This document shows, in pieces, positions 7,920 to 16,669 of a DNA stretch of 24,327 nt. The number at the start of each line of letters is the position of its first letter. Positions within the stretch are counted from its first letter, which is position 1. The notes beneath the pieces were generated by a model that ran no database searches, was not told where the DNA came from, and was given only the letters and a program-made list of their open reading frames with translations. The DNA is from a virus (taxonomy: Duplodnaviria > Caudoviricetes), in the IMG/VR virus record IMGVR_UViG_3300033141_001877, positions 1 to 24,327 of that record; one strand, written 5' to 3'. Position numbers and translations under genes: made by a program.

Positions 7920-10892
7920 TCAATTCTCCAGATCATCCCTGACGTACTGCCATTGTAATCCCCACACAATCGGCTCAAAGGCTCTCTCAACAGTATTGCC
8001 TGAAAGTTGAAACTTAAACCTGTACGACCATCCATATATATTTAAGGGAGCTGTAACCTTCGCCAACCTGAGATTGTCCGTGGCAAGGCTTATGTCGTTA
8101 AACACCGCACCCCCTGACGTGTTAGCCGTGTCTTGATAATTATAAACATCAAGGGTGTCCTCACTGTTCGCCCTGGTAATAATCTTTATCTGTCGGAGAA
8201 GTGTTTTGTCCCATATATTTTTGGATGGCAAGAAATCACCTGTAGTGAAGCTATAAAGCATTGTCGATCCAAAGCTGTCGCCATATTCTAACCGCATCAT
8301 ATAGCCTGTATCTATTCCGGCATACACATATTTATTACCCTCGCCGTCGGCAACCTGGAACGCAGCTTGTGGCGTTTCCGCTACCCCTGTATATTTTTTA
8401 AACCATTTTTTCTTTACTATATCGTAAGCCAGCCAAAGATTATTAGCGACCTGGGACGAACCGGAGGGGAGGAGGATATTGTATTCTCGATAAGTGGTGT
8501 CATACCAGCCCCTTGCATTTTCTAAATATTCAAAGTTGACACACACAGACTCGGCGGGATCAAAGTATTTATCAACCCCAGGAATAGGGAATAAAACAGA
8601 TCCATCAAACATAACCGGCCCTGAATGAGAAACCCAAAAGGCAACGTTTCTTTGAATACCCTGGACAGCTTCAAATCCAACCTCTGCCGTGGCCAAAGTT
8701 AAGGGAGCTGGACAACCAACCGTAAATGATACCGGAAACACCTTAAAATCTTCGGGAGTATCACCGGTTAAAATGTATGTGCTGGTTTCCTTAAGTGCCA
8801 GCCATATAGCAAAAACATTTGAACCGTATCTATTATAAAGTTGAGTGCCTGCTGTAAGAGTGTCAGAGTTGCCAAAATATAGAGACTGAAGACCGTCCAT
8901 ACTCGAATCAAACCCGTTAAAAACATCTGGTGCGTTCGAGGATGAATAATCAACCCTATTTCCCTCCTTTCCTTCGGTAAAAGCGCACAAAAGCACTCGG
9001 TTTTTATATACAGATGGAAACTTAAAGGGTTTTACGACTTTCTGTGCAGGTATTCCGGTGACAAGATCGACAAGAACCTCTGGATCTTCCGTTAAAGGAA
9101 CGCCCTTTGTCCCGGATAAAGTCGCGCTGAAAGTGAATTGATAGGCATAACCGGTCACACCAAACAACGTTATGGGGTGTTCATCTTCTATGTCAGGCGG
9201 ACTCCAAGAAATTAAGCCTGTCTTTCCAATGGTATCGCCTGCGTTGTCTGTTTCATCTATTAATGATGCACCTACGGTTGCCCAATCTGATCCGGTATGA
9301 TATTTAACAGTAGCGTCCGCCGCGTTTTCATTAATTAACCCCGCAAGCATTTGAAAACGAATACCAGCCATCCGGTCGCTGAACATAACCACAACGTTAT
9401 CTGTGCTTAAAAGGCCGTCTAAAACGCCACCGATAGGAATTTCGATATCTGATTGATAATTAACTGCGAGCGTATAATCTTCGAACTGAGAAGCAGACTC
9501 AACCTGGAACTGTATTGGTTGTCTTAAAACGCCGTCCCATACATCTACAACTGGTTGCCATGGTGCATCGGCTGAAACGTGGGAAATTTCAGCGCTACCG
9601 TCAGAAAGTATAAATAAATAAGCATAAAGGTAAATACCTTCCAAGTGGTACGGTTTGGCTATACTAACCGTTGAATCAAACGTCATTGAGCCGCTTTGCC
9701 CTAATGAATATGAAGTTACCCCTTTCGTGCCGTCGTCGAAGTTTGAAACTCCGGTAAATGCGTCTCCCGTCCATACAGCGCAAAGTGTTTGTGATCCAGC
9801 TGTGTTGACTGTTTTAATTGTATAATTAAAGCCCTGCACTGGCCGAGTAGTGAATATCATCCACAGCTTTCGGGTTCCAATAGGAATGATATTGCCTGCA
9901 GTATCAAGAGAATTATTAGCCTGTTCGGTATAGTCTATTGGATTATTAAAAGGGTAGCCAATGCTTTTAACCGAAAAGTTGTCAAAGTCACCCTCCGCCC
10001 CAAAAATACCAGATTTAAAAGAAAGTCCTCCGGTGCCTTGGGCAAGATAAGGAAGTGAGTATGCCCCGTTAGAATTAACAGAGCCTATTCTATAAGTATA
10101 TGCTTCTTCAAAAGTCCAATAATCTTCAATGTTTGCAGCATCAAAGGCAATGCGGTATAGATGCCCGGTTGTCATGGGTACATATGTGCTTGAAATGCCG
10201 CCTTCCAGACCAGATGTGCTTGCTGTTATGCTAAGATCGTCGGTTTCGTCCCATGAGGTAAGGTTGAAATTCTCCCAATTTGACGGCGACGAAAAGTCTC
10301 GATTTTCCTGGGCGGGTATTAGTTCGGAGCCCAACTGTTCTTCTACGGTAAACAGAGCCCCAATCCTGATTTCCTCGCCGCCGTAGATATAAGACTCTTT
10401 TCCATTACAATATGCCACGTTGCCTTGCGGAGCGTCTGAAAACCGGCCCAACCCTGCGCCTGCTGCGTCGATATGTATCGGCGCAGTTTCAAAGTTTCCC
10501 TGAGCTGGGACTACAGCTAAGTTTTGGAAGACTCTGCCGTTTCCTGAGCTGTCTTGTGAGTTAACAAGAACGTATGACTTTTGCGCTCCGTCTGTCCTGA
10601 GCTGGTGTCCATTTCTAATATCTGTGTACGTTGTAATGATAGATGTTGAAATTTCCGTATAGCCCAGCACTCCAACAGGATGGTTTGCGCCATACCGCAG
10701 ATTTACAATATCTGAAAAGTTTGAAGGTCCTATTTCCGCCGGGTCGTGATCAGGTAGCCATGCACCATCAAGCTTGAATTGCTCTTTGTGCAGCTTATCA
10801 TCTGGAATTTGAGACTGTTTTTGCTGTTCTTGTGCCAAAGCTCCTGAAAACAGAAAGAAAAACAGCGATATGTATATAAGTAATTTTTTCAT
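7920..10892 (-). CDS. Putative tail nozzle / tail tubular protein B-like protein with an N-terminal signal peptide and inserted beta-sandwich domains
   Basis: 990 aa, beta-rich, directly after the adaptor genes. It has a nozzle-like N-terminus (F.LDGAWLPDHDPAEIG...SDIVNL), propeller-like segments (YKNRVLL, VGCPAPLTL, FWVSHSGPVMFDG, WLAYDIVKKKW) and a typical C-terminus (FTTGDF...KTLLRQIKI...YRFKFQ). Starts MKKLLIYISLFFFLFSGALA. Confidence 0.7.
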   Translation of the reverse strand: MKKLLIYISLFFFLFSGALAQEQQKQSQIPDDKLHKEQFKLDGAWLPDHDPAEIGPSNFSDIVNLRYGANHPVGVLGYTEISTSIITTYTDIRNGHQLRTDGAQKSYVLVNSQDSSGNGRVFQNLAVVPAQGNFETAPIHIDAAGAGLGRFSDAPQGNVAYCNGKESYIYGGEEIRIGALFTVEEQLGSELIPAQENRDFSSPSNWENFNLTSWDETDDLSITASTSGLEGGISSTYVPMTTGHLYRIAFDAANIEDYWTFEEAYTYRIGSVNSNGAYSLPYLAQGTGGLSFKSGIFGAEGDFDNFSVKSIGYPFNNPIDYTEQANNSLDTAGNIIPIGTRKLWMIFTTRPVQGFNYTIKTVNTAGSQTLCAVWTGDAFTGVSNFDDGTKGVTSYSLGQSGSMTFDSTVSIAKPYHLEGIYLYAYLFILSDGSAEISHVSADAPWQPVVDVWDGVLRQPIQFQVESASQFEDYTLAVNYQSDIEIPIGGVLDGLLSTDNVVVMFSDRMAGIRFQMLAGLINENAADATVKYHTGSDWATVGASLIDETDNAGDTIGKTGLISWSPPDIEDEHPITLFGVTGYAYQFTFSATLSGTKGVPLTEDPEVLVDLVTGIPAQKVVKPFKFPSVYKNRVLLCAFTEGKEGNRVDYSSSNAPDVFNGFDSSMDGLQSLYFGNSDTLTAGTQLYNRYGSNVFAIWLALKETSTYILTGDTPEDFKVFPVSFTVGCPAPLTLATAEVGFEAVQGIQRNVAFWVSHSGPVMFDGSVLFPIPGVDKYFDPAESVCVNFEYLENARGWYDTTYREYNILLPSGSSQVANNLWLAYDIVKKKWFKKYTGVAETPQAAFQVADGEGNKYVYAGIDTGYMMRLEYGDSFGSTMLYSFTTGDFLPSKNIWDKTLLRQIKIITRANSEDTLDVYNYQDTANTSGGAVFNDISLATDNLRLAKVTAPLNIYGWSYRFKFQLSGNTVERAFEPIVWGLQWQYVRDDLEN

Positions 10893-11569
10893 TATTGCGT
10901 GGGCTCCTTCGGCATAGTAAGAAAGTCTTGCCTACTTCTATCAAGCTCCGCCTGGTACAGCGCCATGATCTTGGCAGATTTTTCCATCTGGTTGCTTTTG
11001 GCCCAGGCCTGGGCAACAACATACATAACAAGTGCTTTATCGTATATTGCTGGAATCGGAATTGAAGCGCTTATAATAATAGCCTCGGGCCTGGTTACTA
11101 AATAAACAGTAATTTTTTCAGTGGTTACGCCGGTCAATGCAGGATAAGCGCCAAGTTTCCCGGCCCAATCGTACCAATAAGCAGGCTCTCCTATGTTGCT
11201 TACAAGGCCGACACTTTCCGGAGCACCCCTGATAAGAGCTTTCGATACACCTGTTGCCGAAACATAATGAACCGCTTTTACAACAATATAGGTTGATGTA
11301 ATTGCATATTCGGTTTGATTTGCAATCAGGCTGATATCTTCTGTATTTTCGAGGCAGTGGCTTCTACTAACCAGGTCCACAAGACCGTCATTGAGCCAAC
11401 GCAACAGCCTTTCATCATTCCAAAATACATCTGAACCTGTGCCGCTAAGATACGATCTTGCGTTTTCGATTATTGTTTCGGCTGTCGTTGAGGACGTTTG
11501 CTGAGATCCTGCAAAAGCTGAAACCGTTATAAATAAAGCGATAATTATTATAGATATTTTTTTCAGCAT
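10892..11569 (-). CDS. Phage head-tail adaptor/tail ring protein (DUF6682-like), paralog 2, with signal peptide
   Basis: Adaptor pattern TIIENARSYL...FWNDERLLRWLNDG...L.ANQTEYAI...P.YWY...YP...IPAIYDKALVMYVVAQAWAK. Starts MLKKISIIIIALFITVSAFA. Confidence 0.75.
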   Translation of the reverse strand: MLKKISIIIIALFITVSAFAGSQQTSSTTAETIIENARSYLSGTGSDVFWNDERLLRWLNDGLVDLVSRSHCLENTEDISLIANQTEYAITSTYIVVKAVHYVSATGVSKALIRGAPESVGLVSNIGEPAYWYDWAGKLGAYPALTGVTTEKITVYLVTRPEAIIISASIPIPAIYDKALVMYVVAQAWAKSNQMEKSAKIMALYQAELDRSRQDFLTMPKEPTQ

Positions 11570-11587
11570 AATAAACCTCTTTTGAAT

Positions 11588-12262
11588 TTATTGTTTCGGC
11601 TTTTCCGTTGTTACAAGAAGATCCTGCCGGTACCGATCAAGTTCAGCATGATATCGGCCTATCGCCTGGCCATATTTACTCATTTGCCTATCCTTCGCCC
11701 AGGCCTGAGCAACAATGTATAAAGTAAGCGCTTTGTCATATATTGCCGGAGTCGGCACAGCGACACCGGAAGCTATGGCCGTAGGTCTTGTTACGAGGTA
11801 AAGAGTAACCTTTTCGCTCGTAACGCTGCTAAGAGTAGGATAAACCCCTATTTCCCCGGCCCAATCATACCAATGCACAGGCACCTGCACGTTTTCAATC
11901 CAGCCAACTTCCGCCGGTTTTCCTGTTTTCAACCCTCTTTCTATATCGTTAGAGTCAACATATCGTACTGCTTTCACGACAAGATAGGTTGATGTAATGG
12001 AATATTCCACCTGGTTCGCGACAAGATTGATATCTTCTGTATCTTCGAGGCAATGACTCCGGCCTACTAAATCAACAAGACCATCGTTAAGCCACTGTAA
12101 CATTTCAACATCGGTCCAAAACGTAGCCGTTGCTTCGTTTAGATATGCCCTGGCATTTACAATGATTGCTGATGCAAGAGTTGAAGACGCTTGCTGAGAT
12201 CCCGCGTGAGCAAAACTCACAGCCATAAAAACGATTAAAATTGCATGAATGATTTTTTTCAT
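11588..12262 (-). CDS. Phage head-tail adaptor/tail ring protein (DUF6682-like), paralog 1, with signal peptide
   Basis: Same pattern (IIVNARAYLNE...FWTDVEMLQWLNDG...PAIYDKALTLYIVAQAWAKD). Start reassigned to ATG 12262 (GAAGGT upstream, 1 nt after the previous stop). Starts MKKIIHAILIVFMAVSFAHA. Confidence 0.75.
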   Translation of the reverse strand: MKKIIHAILIVFMAVSFAHAGSQQASSTLASAIIVNARAYLNEATATFWTDVEMLQWLNDGLVDLVGRSHCLEDTEDINLVANQVEYSITSTYLVVKAVRYVDSNDIERGLKTGKPAEVGWIENVQVPVHWYDWAGEIGVYPTLSSVTSEKVTLYLVTRPTAIASGVAVPTPAIYDKALTLYIVAQAWAKDRQMSKYGQAIGRYHAELDRYRQDLLVTTEKPKQ

Positions 12263-12263
12263 A

Positions 12264-12599
12264 TTACCTTCTTTCGGCAAGCTCTATAACAACCTTAGCC
12301 CCGGCTGTATAAACACCATCGCCAAAATCTAAGAAAGGGTGTTTCTTTTTGCCATGAAAATACTTTATTTTTGAATCGTAAACGTCTGCACAAAGCGGAT
12401 TGAAGATTTCGGGACCGTCTTCATCCCCTTCTTTTATAACACATTTATCACCTGTTGCCGCTGGTGAGAACTGTATTGACATAATTTTCAACCCGCGGTC
12501 GTTAGGATCGTCGGCATAGCTCCAATCCGAATCAATCGCACCTGCACCCACACCGGCGATTTCAATGGTCAAGTTGTTTTCAGTGACTTCGTTTGCCAT
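12264..12599 (-). CDS. Hypothetical small beta-rich protein, probably structural
   Basis: 111-aa ORF with AAGGGA upstream, within the structural operon. Confidence 0.55.
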   Translation of the reverse strand: MANEVTENNLTIEIAGVGAGAIDSDWSYADDPNDRGLKIMSIQFSPAATGDKCVIKEGDEDGPEIFNPLCADVYDSKIKYFHGKKKHPFLDFGDGVYTAGAKVVIELAERR

Positions 12600-12610
12600 G
12601 ATATTCCCTT

Positions 12611-13201
12611 TTAAGCTGCTGTGTCGCCTTCGATCCTGATCGTGAAGTCAACCGCTGCCGCTGCCGGAGCCGCCGCACCTATAATCCGCTTAATCCATAC
12701 GAATATAAGTTCATTAACACCCAGGTTAACGTCATGCGCACCAAGATCAATCGAAACGCCTGTTGCATATGATGTGGCCGTTGACCAATCACTTATACCT
12801 GAACCGGTCCCGTTATGATTCGTAGTGTCAATATCAGACGGCTCGGTAGATTCGTCTACTATTGATTGAGCATCCCCGTCTGTAAGGCCTGTCGTCTCGG
12901 GCACTTCCACTGCAAACTCTATGGAATTACCGCCTCCAACGTCGCCCTCTTGTATAAAAACCTTCGCGTTTTGGAGCTCCAAAGAACCGTGTTTATTCTG
13001 AATACAAAAACATCGATACTCGGTATCTCCCGGTTCTGATTCGGCCCCTTCAACATCGTCAAACAGGTTTTCATCTGTATCATCAACAATCTCTGAAGAT
13101 GATCTATAGCTCCCAAGGGAAGCGTCAGGGTCAGCCTGTACGCCGCCGTCAGACCCGGCACCTGTCAAAAATTTATCTAAGTCGCCCGCTACAATAGCCA
13201 T
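12611..13201 (-). CDS. Hypothetical acidic beta-rich virion protein
   Basis: 196 aa with an AAGGAG RBS. The motifs SLG...S..EI..NLFDDV...E...GDTEYRC and VWIKR resemble a phage hypothetical family I recall but cannot name. Confidence 0.6.
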   Translation of the reverse strand: MAIVAGDLDKFLTGAGSDGGVQADPDASLGSYRSSSEIVDDTDENLFDDVEGAESEPGDTEYRCFCIQNKHGSLELQNAKVFIQEGDVGGGNSIEFAVEVPETTGLTDGDAQSIVDESTEPSDIDTTNHNGTGSGISDWSTATSYATGVSIDLGAHDVNLGVNELIFVWIKRIIGAAAPAAAAVDFTIRIEGDTAA

Positions 13202-13203
13202 GG

Positions 13204-13440
13204 TTAATCTCCTTTATGAAAGTAATTTTTAATATGGTAAAGCGCCCTTCTAAGCTTCCATCGTATTCCCGGAAATAAAATCGTTTTAACAATCTTGCCA
13301 TTTTTCAGCTTTGCAAAAGATCCCGGCCATACCGCCTTTTCATCTTTAAAGTCTTTATATCTGAAGGCTATCTTTCTACCATTGCTTATTTGATAGAACC
13401 CCTTGCCTGTTTGTGGATCGTATCTGTCAATTTTTATCAT
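13204..13440 (-). CDS. Small basic protein with a cold-shock/OB-fold-like N-terminus
   Basis: 78 aa, coupled to the upstream gene (TAATG). KIDRYDPQTGKGFYQISNGRKIAFRYKDF parallels the cold-shock pattern VKWFNxxKGFGFIxxxxGxDVFVHFS. Confidence 0.45.
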   Translation of the reverse strand: MIKIDRYDPQTGKGFYQISNGRKIAFRYKDFKDEKAVWPGSFAKLKNGKIVKTILFPGIRWKLRRALYHIKNYFHKGD

Positions 13441-15809
13441 TAGTCCAACCTCGTTGATAAGCCTAATCTATTTAAGCCCTTTCCAGCCCCAGCATCCGAA
13501 AAGACATCATAAACAATATTGGCGTCCGAAAGAGCTTTGGTTGATTCTATATCAAAGACGAGTTCCAGGTCGCTTAGAGTCTTTATATTAATGTCAAAAA
13601 CATGCTCCGAGTCAGAATTCATTTTATTAAGAACATCGAATAGCGCTTCCAGATCCGAATTAACTTTGTTGTATATATCGTAAACAGCTTCAAGATCCGA
13701 ATCCATCTTTTCGAATTGATCATAAACAAGTTCCAGGTCACTTAGAATCCTATGATAAACGTCATATTTAAGAACAGAGTCGGCATTTATCTTATTTAGA
13801 ACGTCGAAAACAAACTCAATGGACGAATCGATTCTGCCGATCATGTCATAAACAAGCTCTGAGTCCGACGTTACCTTGCCCACTACATCAAAAACGGCCT
13901 CAATATCGCTTGATATCTTTTCGAATTGATCATATTTAAGGGTAATATCAGCATAAATTGAATTTAAAACGTCAAAAACTCCCTCAATATCAGAGGAAAT
14001 AATATTTTTAACGTCATATACGAGCTCTGAGTCGGACGAGACTTGCCCGGCCTGGTCATAAACCGCCTCCATATCGCTTGATACACTCTCGCGCTGATCA
14101 TAAACGATAATCGAGTCTGCCCTGACTGTGTTGATAATATCAAATACCATCTCAACATCAGATCTTGCCACGCTAAATATATCAAAGACCGCTTCAATGT
14201 CAGATATAACCCAGCCCCAAGTATCATAGACAAGCTCTAAATCAGAGGATACCTTGTTAAATATATCAAAGACCGCTTCAGCATCGGAAGATATCTTGTT
14301 GCGCACATCATAAACCGTCTCAATGTCGGAATTTATCTTGTTAAATATGTCAAACACTGACTCTGAGTCAGAGGTTGTCCTCCCGGACTGATCATAAACA
14401 AGCTCAACGTCTGATGTTATTTTATTATAAACGTCAAAGACCAACTCGACATCGGAAGCAAGCTTATTGTAAACATCAAAAAGCGATTCTGAATCCGACG
14501 TTATCCTGGAATAACCGTCATATACAAGTTCGAGGTCGGAAGTAACTTTCGTCGTGCCAGAGGCAGGCGTAAAAACAATAGTAAGATCTGCATCACCTTC
14601 AAGCCACCAAATCCTTTGATTATATGCGCTGTTAACATCTTCCCAAACAAATGCCAACTTGTCGCCACTTTCAAAAGGATCTGCACCATCATCGCCATCA
14701 ATTCTTTGCTGAATAAACAAATTTAACTCTGGACTGTCTTGGCTTCCAGTGCTTCCTTCATCCCAATCTACCGTCACAGAAGTATGTTTCGTTAACTGAG
14801 AAGGTCTGTTGCTTGAGCCCCACGTTCCGGGAGATCTGTTATCAATCAACTTAAGAATAGCGTCGCAACCAGAGCCATCAACTCCGGTTACATCGATATT
14901 TATCTTTGTTCCGGTGTTTATTGTTGCTCCCGGCAAATCAGTGTCGGTAACTGTCCACATAAGACCGGAGTCAAGCACAGAGTCTTCGAAATCACCACAA
15001 ACAATATAGCCGACGTTATCATCGTACCAGGTAGTATCATCTTGTTCGAAACCGTCGTCAGCATCCGTTACAGTAGTTGGTCCCCAAGTATCAGGGCTTA
15101 CAACTATATCGTCATTATCCGAAAGACTAAAAGCACCTATAAAAATATCAAGCTTCTTGCCGCCTGCCTGATCCTCAACGGTGTAGTTCGAATGTATATC
15201 TATTTCGTCAGAGTCCCATTGAAACTTAATATTATCAAAAAGCAGCTTATAAATCCCAAGATTGTCGCCGCTTAAAGTTGTGGTCGGAACTTCAACCATA
15301 TCACCGGCAATACCTGAATTTTGAAACCTGATCCGATAGAGATTCGCGTTAACCACATGAAGGCGGAAAGTATTTTTGACTTTCTCGAACGGTCTGAAAA
15401 GAAACTCAACGTCAAGAGTGTTGCCGTCGCCATCAGAAAGATTACGGGTAATTACGCAATGCTCGTCTTGCTGGTCTACCGTCAACCCTATCTGCCACAA
15501 ATCAAGTGTGCGCCATTGTGGAGCATCCCAATACTGGACCTCAAACCTTTGATCATCTATAAGAGTCTCAATAGAACCAAACTCCCGAATGATCTGATAG
15601 CCTGCTGAATAAAACTCACAAGACAGCTCTCCGTAACGGATAGACTGACTTGGTTCATCCCATACATAGGGAGCGAAAACACCATCACCAAGATCAACGT
15701 TTTTCCGGCCCATAAAGGTTTTAAGCACCCTCTGGCCTGTGTCCTGGCCGTCCTGAGTAACCTTAAACTTACGGCAATCTGGCGTATATGTTAGGTGTTC
15801 CAGTGGCAT
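13440..15809 (-). CDS. Putative fibre/adhesin protein: two N-terminal beta domains plus a 25 x 14-aa repeat stalk
   Basis: 789 aa, very acidic. The middle domain resembles DNRLRE/CBM96-like sandwiches (DADDGFE...G...SGLMW...LPGATI...SPEL...IQQ...DLTIVF). The C-terminal ~350 aa are tandem repeats. Confidence 0.6.
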   Translation of the reverse strand: MPLEHLTYTPDCRKFKVTQDGQDTGQRVLKTFMGRKNVDLGDGVFAPYVWDEPSQSIRYGELSCEFYSAGYQIIREFGSIETLIDDQRFEVQYWDAPQWRTLDLWQIGLTVDQQDEHCVITRNLSDGDGNTLDVEFLFRPFEKVKNTFRLHVVNANLYRIRFQNSGIAGDMVEVPTTTLSGDNLGIYKLLFDNIKFQWDSDEIDIHSNYTVEDQAGGKKLDIFIGAFSLSDNDDIVVSPDTWGPTTVTDADDGFEQDDTTWYDDNVGYIVCGDFEDSVLDSGLMWTVTDTDLPGATINTGTKINIDVTGVDGSGCDAILKLIDNRSPGTWGSSNRPSQLTKHTSVTVDWDEGSTGSQDSPELNLFIQQRIDGDDGADPFESGDKLAFVWEDVNSAYNQRIWWLEGDADLTIVFTPASGTTKVTSDLELVYDGYSRITSDSESLFDVYNKLASDVELVFDVYNKITSDVELVYDQSGRTTSDSESVFDIFNKINSDIETVYDVRNKISSDAEAVFDIFNKVSSDLELVYDTWGWVISDIEAVFDIFSVARSDVEMVFDIINTVRADSIIVYDQRESVSSDMEAVYDQAGQVSSDSELVYDVKNIISSDIEGVFDVLNSIYADITLKYDQFEKISSDIEAVFDVVGKVTSDSELVYDMIGRIDSSIEFVFDVLNKINADSVLKYDVYHRILSDLELVYDQFEKMDSDLEAVYDIYNKVNSDLEALFDVLNKMNSDSEHVFDINIKTLSDLELVFDIESTKALSDANIVYDVFSDAGAGKGLNRLGLSTRLD
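13494..14546 (-). repeat. Coding tandem repeat, 25 units of 42 bp / 14 aa
   Basis: Consensus (I/V)xSD(L/I/S)E(L/A)V(Y/F)D(V/I/Q)xxK. Counted from VTSDLELVYDGYSR to ALSDANIVYDVFSD: 351 codons = 25 x 14 + 1. Confidence 0.9.
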
Positions 15810-16657
15810 TAGATCCGCGTTTTAATCCTTTTCACATCGCTTAAATTGTTTGATTCAGCACTTGACCTGAAATCCCCCGCAGACTCAATACAGTTGGCCC
15901 ATAAGGCTTTGTGATTTTTGTTCACCAGGTACTTATCAGGATAGTGCTGAGTGCCGAATTTGGGTAGTTTAATGAGGCCGATCACACCGTAAGACACAAT
16001 TCCGTAATGAAATCGATCTGGAATATCTGTAATTGCGATGGGCAACGTGATATATTCGATTATGATATCATTTTCAAAGGTAACATCGTCTATAACAAGG
16101 TTTCTAACCCTGGTATAATATGTATCAAAATCATAATTGCTTGATTCTCCCAGCGGTTTACGGACTATTTTTGAGAAATTCGCTGTTTCCCTGAAAGCTT
16201 TTCCTCCTGAAGTATAGGTGTTTTCAAACACCGAGCCGTCAAGCGTATAGTTCAGGGTATCAATAACAGTGATTGCAAAGGTGTCGTTAGCTTCGACCGT
16301 CCCGCCAATGTCGTGATGTGTGACAATGTGGCCAGTTTCCCAGGGATGAACAGAATTAAGAGTAATCTTTATCCCGCCCGAACCATCATCAACCGCACCA
16401 CTCACAACCAAAGCATTGTCACCCATATCTTTAACATCTGAGAATTCATATATACTTGAAGGTAGGATAAAGATATTAGTGAGGGATGAAAGGGATTTTC
16501 GGACATTGAAATAGGTGGGGTTAGCTCCGACAAGCTTCAAGCCGAGGAGGTTAACGGCATCAGCTATTACTCGCGTAAAATCGTCGGAGCCAACCCTGAC
16601 GGCTCCGATTTCCCTTATATCTCTGCGTATTAACCGTTCAATTTCAATAGCATCCAT
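15809..16657 (-). CDS. Head-tail adaptor-like protein with an inserted FCCH-like beta domain (no signal peptide)
   Basis: Adaptor-like ends (EIERLIRRDIRE...VIADAVN; DIPDRFHYGIVSYG) flank KITLNSVHPWETGHIV...IGGTVEAN.TFAITVID...YTLDGS...YTSGG, the phage E1-FCCH-like motif. Confidence 0.6.
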   Translation of the reverse strand: MDAIEIERLIRRDIREIGAVRVGSDDFTRVIADAVNLLGLKLVGANPTYFNVRKSLSSLTNIFILPSSIYEFSDVKDMGDNALVVSGAVDDGSGGIKITLNSVHPWETGHIVTHHDIGGTVEANDTFAITVIDTLNYTLDGSVFENTYTSGGKAFRETANFSKIVRKPLGESSNYDFDTYYTRVRNLVIDDVTFENDIIIEYITLPIAITDIPDRFHYGIVSYGVIGLIKLPKFGTQHYPDKYLVNKNHKALWANCIESAGDFRSSAESNNLSDVKRIKTRI

Positions 16658-16669
16658 GGCAGGATCCTT

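Noticed and set aside
13494-14546. CRISPR array or DGR template/variable repeat
   Set aside because: The repeats are degenerate at the DNA level, conserved as protein and have no spacers. No reverse transcriptase or adenine-specific repeat pair was seen in the window.
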